From an uncultured bacterium (GTDB lineage: Bacteria; Desulfobacterota_D; UBA1144; Nemesobacterales; UBA2774), in NCBI GenBank assembly GCA_963825135.1, contig CAWGRW010000009.1:512001-576000 (forward strand): a stretch of DNA of 64,000 nt, in the 5' to 3' direction. The position numbers were made by a program, and so were the translations under genes. The notes below the pieces were generated by a model. That model was not told where the DNA came from, did no database searches, and saw only the letters and a program-made list of their open reading frames with translations. Numbering within the stretch: position 1 is the stretch's first letter; each line of letters starts with the position of its first letter. Of this stretch, positions 41,951-50,910 are shown one piece after another.

Positions 41951-44707
41951 ATGGGGATAATAATCCGAGAATCGAAAGAACGGAGAAGGCATGAAAGAAT
42001 CCCTGTGGATTTTCATGTCTATTCGAAAAATTCCGGCAAGAAGATCGGGCAGGCGAAAGACCTCTCGTATAAAGGGCTATTCATACAAACTGAAGACGAG
42101 TTCAAGCCGGGAACTAAGCTCCTTCTCGAGTGTGATTTATCAGGCACGTTTCCCATCAAGGCCTACTGTGAAGTAAAGAGGCACGAAACAAACGGTACCG
42201 GCGAGCACGGTATCGGGGTCGAATTCATAAACATATACGATTCGGACAGGACGAAGTTAGAGAGCTATATCGAGAAAAGTAAAAATACCCTCAACTCCGA
42301 CGACTATTATCTATCCGACTTCGCGGACATCCCGGACGAGGACCTCTTTAAAAAGGCCGAAGTATTCTGGCAATACGGACTGGACATGGCGTCGAAGGGA
42401 TACATCAGATACAGAAGACCCCTGGCGTCGCCCTCGGCGCACAGAGTGATCATCGACGACGACTTCACCGGAAAGAAAAAAGAGATGATCATGATGGGCA
42501 GCAACAACTACCTCGGGCTCACATCCCATCCGAGGGTTATGAAAATAGCCAAAGAAAATATCGATAAATACGGCGCAGGCGCAGGCTCGGTGCCGCTCCT
42601 GGCCGGGTCGTTCGACATACACAGGCGGCTGGAGATGAAGCTGGCCGAGCTCAAGGGCGCAGAGGACGCGATAATCTTTCCGAGCGGATACGTTACGAAC
42701 CTCGGATGCATACAGGCGCTTGTTAAAAATGAGGACCTCGCGGTCATAGACAGGCTCGCCCACGCGAGCATCATCGACGGCTGTATGCTGTCCTCAGGCA
42801 CATTCAGGACATTCAAGCACTCGGACGTCCGGAGCCTCGAAAACGTATTAAAAAGAAATAGAGACAATTTTAAAGGAAGGATAGTTATAGTCGACGGCGT
42901 ATACAGCATGGACGGGGACATAGCCCCTCTCAGGCAGATCGCCGAGACGGCCCACAGGTACGGCGCCAAGGTTATGGTGGACGAGGCTCACGCCACAGGT
43001 GTCATTGGGGACAGGGGCAAGGGAACTCCCAGCCATTTTAAAATGAAGCCCGGAGAGATAGATATCGTTATGGGCACGCTGAGCAAATCCCTGGGCGGCG
43101 TCGGCGGATTCATAGCTTCGACGAAAGAAGTAGTGAGCTACCTGAGGTACTACACCAGGTCCTTTTTCTTCTCGTCCAATTTCCCCCCTTCCGTCGCGGC
43201 CTCGGTACTGGCCGCGATCGAGGTAATGGAAACGGATAAATCCATCCACGAAAACCTCTGGAAGAATATCAAGCACATGAAGGAAAACCTGAAATCAATG
43301 GGATTCAACACGGGGCAGACCGAGTCGGCGATCATCCCCGTTATGACCGGCGACGAGCTCACCCAGAAAAAGATGAGCAGGAGGTTCCATGAAGAGGGGA
43401 TATACGTAAACGCGATACCTCATCCCGCCGTGCCGAAAGGACATGAAAGGTTCAGGTTCAGCCTAATGGCCACACACACGCGCGAAGACATCGACAAGAC
43501 GCTCGAGGTTGTTGAAAAACTGGGAAGGGAATTCGGTATCATCGACAGACCGGTCTCTCTCTACGTGTCTGAAAATGACAAATACACCGTGAGAGAAATA
43601 TCTACCAAAGAGGAGATCGAAAAATCTGTCAGGTTCTCGTGGGGAGTGTACAAGGATTATCCCGCGTGGGTGCCTTACTTCCTGATAAAAGATCAGGTTA
43701 AGCTCGTTTCGAACGACTACTTCTACTTCAGAAAGGTCTACGGGAAGCGGTTCGTTGTGGAGGAAAAAGGAGAGATAGCGGGAACCGTAAGTGCGTTTAT
43801 CGACAATTACTACAACCGTTATCACGATACCAACGCAGGGTTCCTCGGGTTTTTCGAGGCCCTCCCTGAAAAACAGGAAGCTGTGGGACTGATGCTGAAG
43901 AAGGCGGAAGATTTCCTCACCGGCAACGGATGTACCGAGCTGCAAGGACCCGTGAACGGGATATTCGGTCTCTTCGGCGGCGGCCTGCTCTCGAGCAACT
44001 ACGGGAAGATACCGTCCTTCCTCCAGGTATACACCCAGCCCTACTACCACGACTATTTCACAAACGCGGGGTTCGGGCCGGTGAAAAAGCTCCTGCACTA
44101 CACTATAGACCTTAAATCGCCCGAGAACGTGGAAGCGATAATGAAATACTCTCGGGAATCGGCGCTGCAGGATATAAAGATAAGGCGAATGAACAAATCC
44201 GACTGGGAGAACGAGGTGAGGAGCGTGGTCAGGATTTTCAACAATTCCCTCGCTCAGCTCTGGGGCAATGTCCCGTTTGACGCCGACGAGTTCATAGAGA
44301 TCGCGGATGAATTCAAGAGCCTTATAGTTCCCGAATACTGGCTAATCGCGGAATCGGCCGGCGAAGCTATAGGCTTCATAGGGGGATTCCCCCAGTACGC
44401 TTCCGTATTCAGGGGCTTAAACGGGGAGATCAAGCCCCACAAGCTGGTGACGCTGCCCCTCCGGCTAAGAGGCATCAAGGAAGGCGTGTTAATGATCATG
44501 GGCCTCATGGACGAATTTAAGGGAAGGAGAATCGGCACCCTCCTCCTCAGCAGAGTCTGCGAGGCGATGATCGGGAACGGGTACGAAAAGGTAGCCGGCA
44601 CATGGGTTCTGGAAGATAACCTGGGCTCGCGGCGTATCGTGGAGAACCTGGGCGGCAAGGTAGATCTATACTGGGATATGTATTCGAAAACACCTGTTAC
44701 AGGCTGA
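41951..44707 (+). CDS. Fusion: PilZ + PLP-dependent alpha-oxoamine synthase (SPT/BioF/CqsA family) + YghO/bCerS-like GNAT N-acyltransferase
   Basis: RRHER and DLSYKG (PilZ); SNNYLGL, HASI, DEAH, GTLSK (alpha-oxoamine synthase); VYKDYPAWVP, GFLGFFE, GPVN, RRIGTLL, TWVLEDN (GNAT). Confidence 0.88.
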   Translation: MGIIIRESKERRRHERIPVDFHVYSKNSGKKIGQAKDLSYKGLFIQTEDEFKPGTKLLLECDLSGTFPIKAYCEVKRHETNGTGEHGIGVEFINIYDSDRTKLESYIEKSKNTLNSDDYYLSDFADIPDEDLFKKAEVFWQYGLDMASKGYIRYRRPLASPSAHRVIIDDDFTGKKKEMIMMGSNNYLGLTSHPRVMKIAKENIDKYGAGAGSVPLLAGSFDIHRRLEMKLAELKGAEDAIIFPSGYVTNLGCIQALVKNEDLAVIDRLAHASIIDGCMLSSGTFRTFKHSDVRSLENVLKRNRDNFKGRIVIVDGVYSMDGDIAPLRQIAETAHRYGAKVMVDEAHATGVIGDRGKGTPSHFKMKPGEIDIVMGTLSKSLGGVGGFIASTKEVVSYLRYYTRSFFFSSNFPPSVAASVLAAIEVMETDKSIHENLWKNIKHMKENLKSMGFNTGQTESAIIPVMTGDELTQKKMSRRFHEEGIYVNAIPHPAVPKGHERFRFSLMATHTREDIDKTLEVVEKLGREFGIIDRPVSLYVSENDKYTVREISTKEEIEKSVRFSWGVYKDYPAWVPYFLIKDQVKLVSNDYFYFRKVYGKRFVVEEKGEIAGTVSAFIDNYYNRYHDTNAGFLGFFEALPEKQEAVGLMLKKAEDFLTGNGCTELQGPVNGIFGLFGGGLLSSNYGKIPSFLQVYTQPYYHDYFTNAGFGPVKKLLHYTIDLKSPENVEAIMKYSRESALQDIKIRRMNKSDWENEVRSVVRIFNNSLAQLWGNVPFDADEFIEIADEFKSLIVPEYWLIAESAGEAIGFIGGFPQYASVFRGLNGEIKPHKLVTLPLRLRGIKEGVLMIMGLMDEFKGRRIGTLLLSRVCEAMIGNGYEKVAGTWVLEDNLGSRRIVENLGGKVDLYWDMYSKTPVTG

Positions 44708-44714
44708 TCTGATA

Positions 44715-47288
44715 ATGAATGAGAAACAGCTGACTATGCCGAAATACGGCACTGCGAACATACAGAAATCTGTATTCAGCATAGTTATATTTATTTTGCT
44801 GTTGTTTTGCATAGCAAACTTCGTTTTAGGCCTGAACTGGACAAATAAACCATATCCGGGATTTTTCTTCTATAGAAACCTCGTAATAACCGATATCTCT
44901 CCGAAGACAGTTGACGGAGATTCACTAAAAAGATTCAAAGACCAGATAAAGAAAGTTAATGGCATACCGGTCACAACACCGGGCGATGTATTCAACATAT
45001 TAGACGATCTCCCTGTAGGCACCGAGGTGGACTACACGATAGCGAGAAACAGCGGGACTTTCGATCTAAGAATCCCTATTGAGAGGTTCAGTTTAAAAGA
45101 ACTGCTCGTTATGTTCGGAATCGGATATGTAATCGGCATTGTCTTCCTCGCTATCGGCGTACTCGTCCTGTACAAGAAACCGAACATAAAGGCGAGTAAA
45201 GCGTTCTTCATATTCTGCGTGTCTATTTGTATATGGTTTGTTGGCTCGTTCGACGCGCAGGCCATCTATTTCTTCGACCAGCTGACTTTCTTCTCCTGGA
45301 TCTTCAGTCCGCTCTTCGGCATTTATCTGATGTTCATTTTTCCTTCTGATGCGCAGGTAAACGGAGTGACGCACACCGTCACTTCAATCCTGTTTTTATT
45401 TATCTCGGCAATGCTATTCGTCCTCCAATTCATCTTCTTCTACAACTATGAAATATGGAAATATGTCAATACCATAAGCTGGATTTACGTAGTCCTGAGC
45501 ACCATGATTTTCCCCATCTCTTCGCTCGTGACCTACATGCATCCGTCGTCGGCGCTTGAAAAACAACGCGCACAGATAATCTTGCTCGGCTGCATTTTCG
45601 GCCTCATCGCCCCGGCTTCGGTGGTGGCTTGCATCACGGTCTTTAAAATTAGCATGCCGTACAATCTGATGGCTCTCCCAGTGATAATATTCCCGGTGTC
45701 CATCGCATACTCCATAGTAAAACACAAGCTCTTCGACATAGACGTTATCATTGAAAAGGCGCTCACGTACGGACTCCTCACAGGAGCCGTCGGCGGCATC
45801 TTCGCCCTCACCGTGCTCGGATTCAATGTCGCATTCGCCAAATACGGGGGCTGGAAGAATCCCGCATTCTTCGTAATCCTGAGCGGGTTTCTCGTAATTG
45901 CGTTAAACCCCCTCAAAACCCGGATACAGGACCTGGTAGACCTGACCTTTTTCAGAAAGAAGTACGATTACAGGGGAACCGTCGAGGAAGTAAGCTATGC
46001 GATGACGTCCCTCCTGAGCCTCGACAAGATCATCGATAAGATCATCGATATAGTCGAAAGCACCATGTTCTCCACCCCTGTTACCGTATCCGTATACAAC
46101 CAGGACCTGGGGGCTTATGAGCGGTATTCCAAAGAGGGCGTCATCCAGAGCTCTCCCGATACGACGCTCGCGGAGGACAATATTCTCGTACAGCAGCTCA
46201 ATTTTCACGGAAACGAGATATTCAAGGAAGACCTTATAGCGGACGAGAGGTATATCCACAACTCCCAGAGACTCGTGAACGAATTCGAGAGATTCGGCGC
46301 ATCGCTCATCATTCCGCTTTTTTTCAAAAAACAACTCATCGGCTTCATAGCCCTCGGAGAAAAGAAGTCCGGACTCTCGTACACATCACGGGACGTGAAA
46401 CTCCTAAAGCTTCTCGCAAACCAGAGCGCTATAGCCATAGAAAACGCGCTCGCATTCAAGCTCGTCGAGGACTACGCCAAGAAGCTCGAAAAAACGAATA
46501 AGGAGCTCAAGGATGCGCAGATGCAGCTCGTGCATGCTGAAAAGATGTCCGCGATCGGACAGCTTGCCGCGGGCGTTGCCCACGAGATAAGGAACCCGCT
46601 GAACATCATCGAAGGCGCCAGGTACTACATCTCCACCTACATGATGGACAAAGAAAATACGGAGGTCGTCGGAGAGTACCTCGACTACATAAAACACGAG
46701 ATCGACAGGACGAACCGTCTGATAGACAGCCTGCTCAAGTTCTCAAAAGCCGAGCCGCCCTATTTCGAGAGGGTTAATATAAACAGCGTGCTCGAGAACG
46801 TCGTTATCCTCGTACGCAAGCAGCTCTCGGACAACAACATCAACCTCACCCAGAACCTGGACGAGAACATCCCTCCCATAATGGCGGACCCGAACCAGCT
46901 CTGGCAGGTATTCATAAACATTATTTTAAACGCGATACAAGCGATGCCGAAAGGCGGAGACTTCGTAATAGAGACTTCTACGCGCTGGGACGAATTCGCC
47001 AGCGGGGACTCCGGACACGTCTACATACATTTCAAAGACTCCGGAGTGGGAATAGATAAAGAAGACATGATGAGAATCTTCGATCCGTTCTTCACAAAGA
47101 AAGATATGGGGACGGGACTCGGGCTTTCGATAGCCTACAAGATCATCGAAAAGCATAAAGGAAGAATAATAGTTGAGAGCGAAAAGGGGCAAGGAACGGT
47201 ATTTACGATTGAACTTCCGTCAAATAACTATAATATTACTTCAGGAGAGGTTGATGACGAACACGAAAAAGAGGGTGCTGGTTGTTGA
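44715..47288 (+). CDS. Membrane sensor histidine kinase (TM-PDZ-multi-TM-GAF-HisKA-HATPase)
   Basis: DQIKKVNG PDZ-like motif; about 8 TM segments; GFIALGEKKSG…LANQSAIAIENA GAF; AHEIRNPL H-box; N, G1, F and G2 boxes. Confidence 0.92.
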   Translation: MNEKQLTMPKYGTANIQKSVFSIVIFILLLFCIANFVLGLNWTNKPYPGFFFYRNLVITDISPKTVDGDSLKRFKDQIKKVNGIPVTTPGDVFNILDDLPVGTEVDYTIARNSGTFDLRIPIERFSLKELLVMFGIGYVIGIVFLAIGVLVLYKKPNIKASKAFFIFCVSICIWFVGSFDAQAIYFFDQLTFFSWIFSPLFGIYLMFIFPSDAQVNGVTHTVTSILFLFISAMLFVLQFIFFYNYEIWKYVNTISWIYVVLSTMIFPISSLVTYMHPSSALEKQRAQIILLGCIFGLIAPASVVACITVFKISMPYNLMALPVIIFPVSIAYSIVKHKLFDIDVIIEKALTYGLLTGAVGGIFALTVLGFNVAFAKYGGWKNPAFFVILSGFLVIALNPLKTRIQDLVDLTFFRKKYDYRGTVEEVSYAMTSLLSLDKIIDKIIDIVESTMFSTPVTVSVYNQDLGAYERYSKEGVIQSSPDTTLAEDNILVQQLNFHGNEIFKEDLIADERYIHNSQRLVNEFERFGASLIIPLFFKKQLIGFIALGEKKSGLSYTSRDVKLLKLLANQSAIAIENALAFKLVEDYAKKLEKTNKELKDAQMQLVHAEKMSAIGQLAAGVAHEIRNPLNIIEGARYYISTYMMDKENTEVVGEYLDYIKHEIDRTNRLIDSLLKFSKAEPPYFERVNINSVLENVVILVRKQLSDNNINLTQNLDENIPPIMADPNQLWQVFINIILNAIQAMPKGGDFVIETSTRWDEFASGDSGHVYIHFKDSGVGIDKEDMMRIFDPFFTKKDMGTGLGLSIAYKIIEKHKGRIIVESEKGQGTVFTIELPSNNYNITSGEVDDEHEKEGAGC

Positions 47289-49170
47289 CGACGAGCTCCT
47301 TATATTGAAAATCATTTCCGACATCCTGACCAAGGAGGGGTATGAAGTCGTAGTCGCCAATAACTGCGAGAAAGCGACCGAGTACCTGAGGGCGTCCAAT
47401 TTCAATGTAGTCTTGTCCGACATCAAAATGCCGGTAAAAAGCGGTATCGACCTTCTTGAGGAAATAAAGAAGAAAGACCCGAATATCCCCGTAATACTTA
47501 TGACCGGATTTGCTTCGTTGGAAACAGCGGTTGAGGCAGTACAGAACGGAGCCTTCGATTACCTCATTAAACCACTCGACTACGGGAAACTCAGGAGCGT
47601 CATAGACCACGCAGCCGATAGATTCGAACTCCACAGCGAAAACACGCGCCTGCTGAGCGATTTGAAAGAGCTGAACACGAATCTTGAATTGAAGGTCCGG
47701 GAAAGGAACAGGCAGCTTGAGAATACGCTGAATAGTACGATAGAGAGCATAATCACAACCGACAGGGACCTGATAATAGAATCAGCGAACCCGAAGACCT
47801 CGGAAATTTTCGGCAGAAGCTGCGTGGGCGAAAAACTGAGTCTCTTATTTCAGGGTGTTAATTTTGACACAATTATTCCAAACATTCTAAGCGACCCCTC
47901 ATATTCGACGAAGCACGAAATAAGATACGACAATAAGTTCCTCGAAGTTAGCCTGTCGCCCCTGATCGATTTTGAGACGAAAGAAATTTTCGGCGTGATA
48001 GCAGCGACGGAAGACATAACGGAGAAGAAGAAGCTCGAAGCGCAGCTCATACATTCCGCGAAGATGTCGGGTGTCGGCCAGCTGGCCGCCGGCGTCGCAC
48101 ACGAATTCAATAATATCTTGTCAGGCATCATAGGCTACACGAGCCTCGCGCTCACGAGGCAGGACCTGGACAGCGTCAGGAAAGACCTGAGAGTAATCGA
48201 GAAGGCCTCCGACAGGGCGGTCGAGATAGTGAACAAACTCCTTTCCTTCTCAAGACAAAAAGGGGAGAAATTCCAGGTCGCACAGATAGAGAGCATCATA
48301 GACGACGCGCTCGGACTCGTTGAGCACAACTTCGAAACGGAGGGTATAAGAATACTCAGGAGTTACGAAAAGGTCCCCGCCATCCGATTGAATCCGGGGG
48401 AGATACAGCAGGTGTTCCTGAACCTCGCGATCAACTCGAAACACGCCATGCCTAAAGGCGGAGCGATAGCGATCAGCACGAAGCTCTCCGGCAATTATGT
48501 GAGAATCGATTTCTCCGATACGGGCATTGGCGTATCACCGGAGAACCTGCCCAGGATATTCGAACCCTTTTTCACGACAAAACTGAGCGAGGGCACAAAA
48601 TCCGGCACGGGTCTCGGTCTGTCGGTAATATACGCGATCATAGAAAGACACGGCGGGCGCATCGAAGTATCGAGCGAGGTCAATAAAGGCACGACGTTCA
48701 CGATTCACCTGCCGAACATTCAGGCCATTGCCAAAACTCCCGAGATCGAGCCCGCTCAGAAAGTACAGAACGCCAAAGTAATCGAAATGAGGCGAAAAGG
48801 GAATGTCTTGATAGTCGATGACGAAGAATTCATCAGAGATATCGTAAGTGATTGCCTTTCCAGCACCGGACACAATGTTATGACGGCTGAAAGCGGCGAC
48901 CAGGCGATCGAGCTCATAAAGAGGAATCATTTCGACATCACGTTCCTCGATTTCTCCATGCCTAATAAAAGCGGTCTCGAACTTCTGAGAGAAATAAAAG
49001 TTATCGATCCCAACTCCACGGTGGTAATAATAAGCTCGAGACCGGAAGAGCAGCTCCCGGACGAGCTTTCGGACGAGGGCTCGTACAATATAATTAAGAA
49101 ACCGTTCTCGGTCGACCAGATTCAAAACGCGGTCTCCAGGGTTCTTGGGGCCGAGGCGATGAGCAGATAA
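47254..49170 (+). CDS. Cytoplasmic hybrid kinase REC-PAS-HisKA-HATPase-REC
   Basis: VLVVDDE…SDIKMP…KP; AHEFNNIL; GTGLGL; second VLIVDDE…LDFSMP…KKP; AGGAGAGG SD before ATG at 47254. Confidence 0.93.
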   Translation: MTNTKKRVLVVDDELLILKIISDILTKEGYEVVVANNCEKATEYLRASNFNVVLSDIKMPVKSGIDLLEEIKKKDPNIPVILMTGFASLETAVEAVQNGAFDYLIKPLDYGKLRSVIDHAADRFELHSENTRLLSDLKELNTNLELKVRERNRQLENTLNSTIESIITTDRDLIIESANPKTSEIFGRSCVGEKLSLLFQGVNFDTIIPNILSDPSYSTKHEIRYDNKFLEVSLSPLIDFETKEIFGVIAATEDITEKKKLEAQLIHSAKMSGVGQLAAGVAHEFNNILSGIIGYTSLALTRQDLDSVRKDLRVIEKASDRAVEIVNKLLSFSRQKGEKFQVAQIESIIDDALGLVEHNFETEGIRILRSYEKVPAIRLNPGEIQQVFLNLAINSKHAMPKGGAIAISTKLSGNYVRIDFSDTGIGVSPENLPRIFEPFFTTKLSEGTKSGTGLGLSVIYAIIERHGGRIEVSSEVNKGTTFTIHLPNIQAIAKTPEIEPAQKVQNAKVIEMRRKGNVLIVDDEEFIRDIVSDCLSSTGHNVMTAESGDQAIELIKRNHFDITFLDFSMPNKSGLELLREIKVIDPNSTVVIISSRPEEQLPDELSDEGSYNIIKKPFSVDQIQNAVSRVLGAEAMSR

Positions 49171-49186
49171 TAAAGCGCGACGGAAT

Positions 49187-49549
49187 ATGGAAGACGCTCC
49201 TTCTTTTTACTGCAAAATATTCGTAAACGAAAACGAGATATATTCGGGAGACTTCGGGGAAGTCCCCGAGAAGTTCAGGACCGGCATGGTCAGGGACCTG
49301 TCGGAATGGGCGGGATCGCTCGGCAAGAGGGGCCTGAACGAGCTCATTTATTCACACCTCGCCTGGTATGAAGAAAAGGGTCAATATTGCGAGGAGTGCG
49401 GAACGTGGAAGGCGGAAAGCGGTGTGAAAGAGTGCGGCGAGTGCGGAAAAAAGCTGAAAGAACGTTATATTTATGAGCGGGAGAAGAGGCTCGACATGAT
49501 TATCACCTGTGTGGGAATGATATCAGGAGTGCAAATTTCAGCAGCTTAG
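49187..49549 (+). CDS. Hypothetical protein with a zinc ribbon
   Basis: CEECG…CGECG pair. Confidence 0.7.
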   Translation: MEDAPSFYCKIFVNENEIYSGDFGEVPEKFRTGMVRDLSEWAGSLGKRGLNELIYSHLAWYEEKGQYCEECGTWKAESGVKECGECGKKLKERYIYEREKRLDMIITCVGMISGVQISAA

Positions 49550-49591
49550 AACGGAAGCCTGACGACAGGCGCAATTCAATAGGGGTCGAAA

Positions 49592-49882
49592 ATGAAATTA
49601 ACAGTTAAAGGTCAGATTTTTCCCGGGGTCTGGAAGATCGCGGATAGCGTCAGGAAACTGAGAGACGACAGAAAGCCCGTTAATATAGGATCCGGGACGG
49701 TCGGATTTCCCGTCTATGAAGTGGACCTCCCGGACAATACCAGAAAAGAGGGTCTATACTTTGTGACTCCGGAGGGCACAAGACTCTACTTTAACCCTGG
49801 CGATCAGTATCAGGTCGGCTACCTGATATCCGAAACCGACAGCGACCCGCTGCGAGAAAAACATTTTAAAGGGACCGCATAA
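49592..49882 (+). CDS. Hypothetical protein
   Basis: 96-aa ORF with AGGGG SD. Confidence 0.6.
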   Translation: MKLTVKGQIFPGVWKIADSVRKLRDDRKPVNIGSGTVGFPVYEVDLPDNTRKEGLYFVTPEGTRLYFNPGDQYQVGYLISETDSDPLREKHFKGTA

Positions 49883-49959
49883 AGCGCGCCTTCGTCTAAA
49901 ACCCGCCCGGACGGCCTGCATTTTGACTCCCGGCAGGAGGCTATGTACTTTTAATTCCG

Positions 49960-50910
49960 ATGGAGCAGCACGACCATACTCACGAGATAAGAAACGCCAA
50001 GGAAAAAAAGGCGCTGATTATAGTGCTTATAATCACGGCGAGCTTCATGATACTGGAAGCCGCTTCCGGATTCTACACCGGAAGTCTCGCCCTCCTATCG
50101 GACGCGGCGCACATGCTCACGGACGTGTTCGCGCTGTCGATCGCTTACTTCGCCCTCTGGTTCTCCGTTAAACCGCCGACCGTCGACAAAACCTTCGGGT
50201 TCTACAGGACGGAGATTCTCGCCGCGTTCATAAACGGAATCCTTCTGTTCGTAATCTCGGCGGGCATTATCATGGAGGCCTACGAAAGGATCAAGACCCC
50301 TCAGGAGATAAAGAGCCTTGAAATGACCGCCGTGGCAGTGACGGGTCTGATACTCAACATAGGCTCGGCCTATATGTTGTCCAGATATCAGAGCACGAAC
50401 CTGAACATAAAAAGCGCTCTCTACCATGTGATAAGCGATACGCTAGGCTCGGCAGGAGCCGTGGTCGCGGGCGTGGTGATGCTTTTCACCGGATGGTATT
50501 ATGCCGACAGCATCATAAGCATCCTGGTCTCCGTCCTGATATTGAGAAGCGCATGGGTCATCATAAAGGAGTCGGTGCATATTCTCCTCGAAGGCACGCC
50601 TCGGGGCATCGACCTCGAATCCGTACAGAGCTCGATCCGCTCACACGAGGGAGTCCTCGGCGTACACGACCTGCACGCATGGACGCTCACTCAGGGATTC
50701 GAAGCGTTAAGCGCGCACCTCGTCGTCGACGACATGCACAGAAGCGAAAGCCTGATCAGCGATATACGGGATCAGCTGTACGGCAAATTCCGCATCAGCC
50801 ACGTTACGCTTCAGCTGGAGACTAAGGAGTGCTGCTCCGCGAACAACACCTGTTACGAAGACTCTCAGGGCGGGAAAGAGAACGGGGCGGTCACTCACCC
50901 TCACGGATGA
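49960..50910 (+). CDS. Cation diffusion facilitator (CzcD/ZitB-like Zn/Co/Cd exporter)
   Basis: SLALLSDAAHMLTD, TFGFYRTE, HVISD, HDLHAW and HVTLQLE motifs. Confidence 0.95.
   Translation: MEQHDHTHEIRNAKEKKALIIVLIITASFMILEAASGFYTGSLALLSDAAHMLTDVFALSIAYFALWFSVKPPTVDKTFGFYRTEILAAFINGILLFVISAGIIMEAYERIKTPQEIKSLEMTAVAVTGLILNIGSAYMLSRYQSTNLNIKSALYHVISDTLGSAGAVVAGVVMLFTGWYYADSIISILVSVLILRSAWVIIKESVHILLEGTPRGIDLESVQSSIRSHEGVLGVHDLHAWTLTQGFEALSAHLVVDDMHRSESLISDIRDQLYGKFRISHVTLQLETKECCSANNTCYEDSQGGKENGAVTHPHG

Noticed and set aside
41951..44707. Calling the fusion bioF or kbl
   Set aside because: No biotin or threonine-catabolism genes nearby; PilZ, GNAT and the riboswitch argue for another role, though substrate is unproven
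49935..49954. AGGAGG followed by mini-ORF ATG TAC TTT TAA before the CDF gene
   Set aside because: SD-ATG spacing is only 2 nt and it overlaps the predicted promoter
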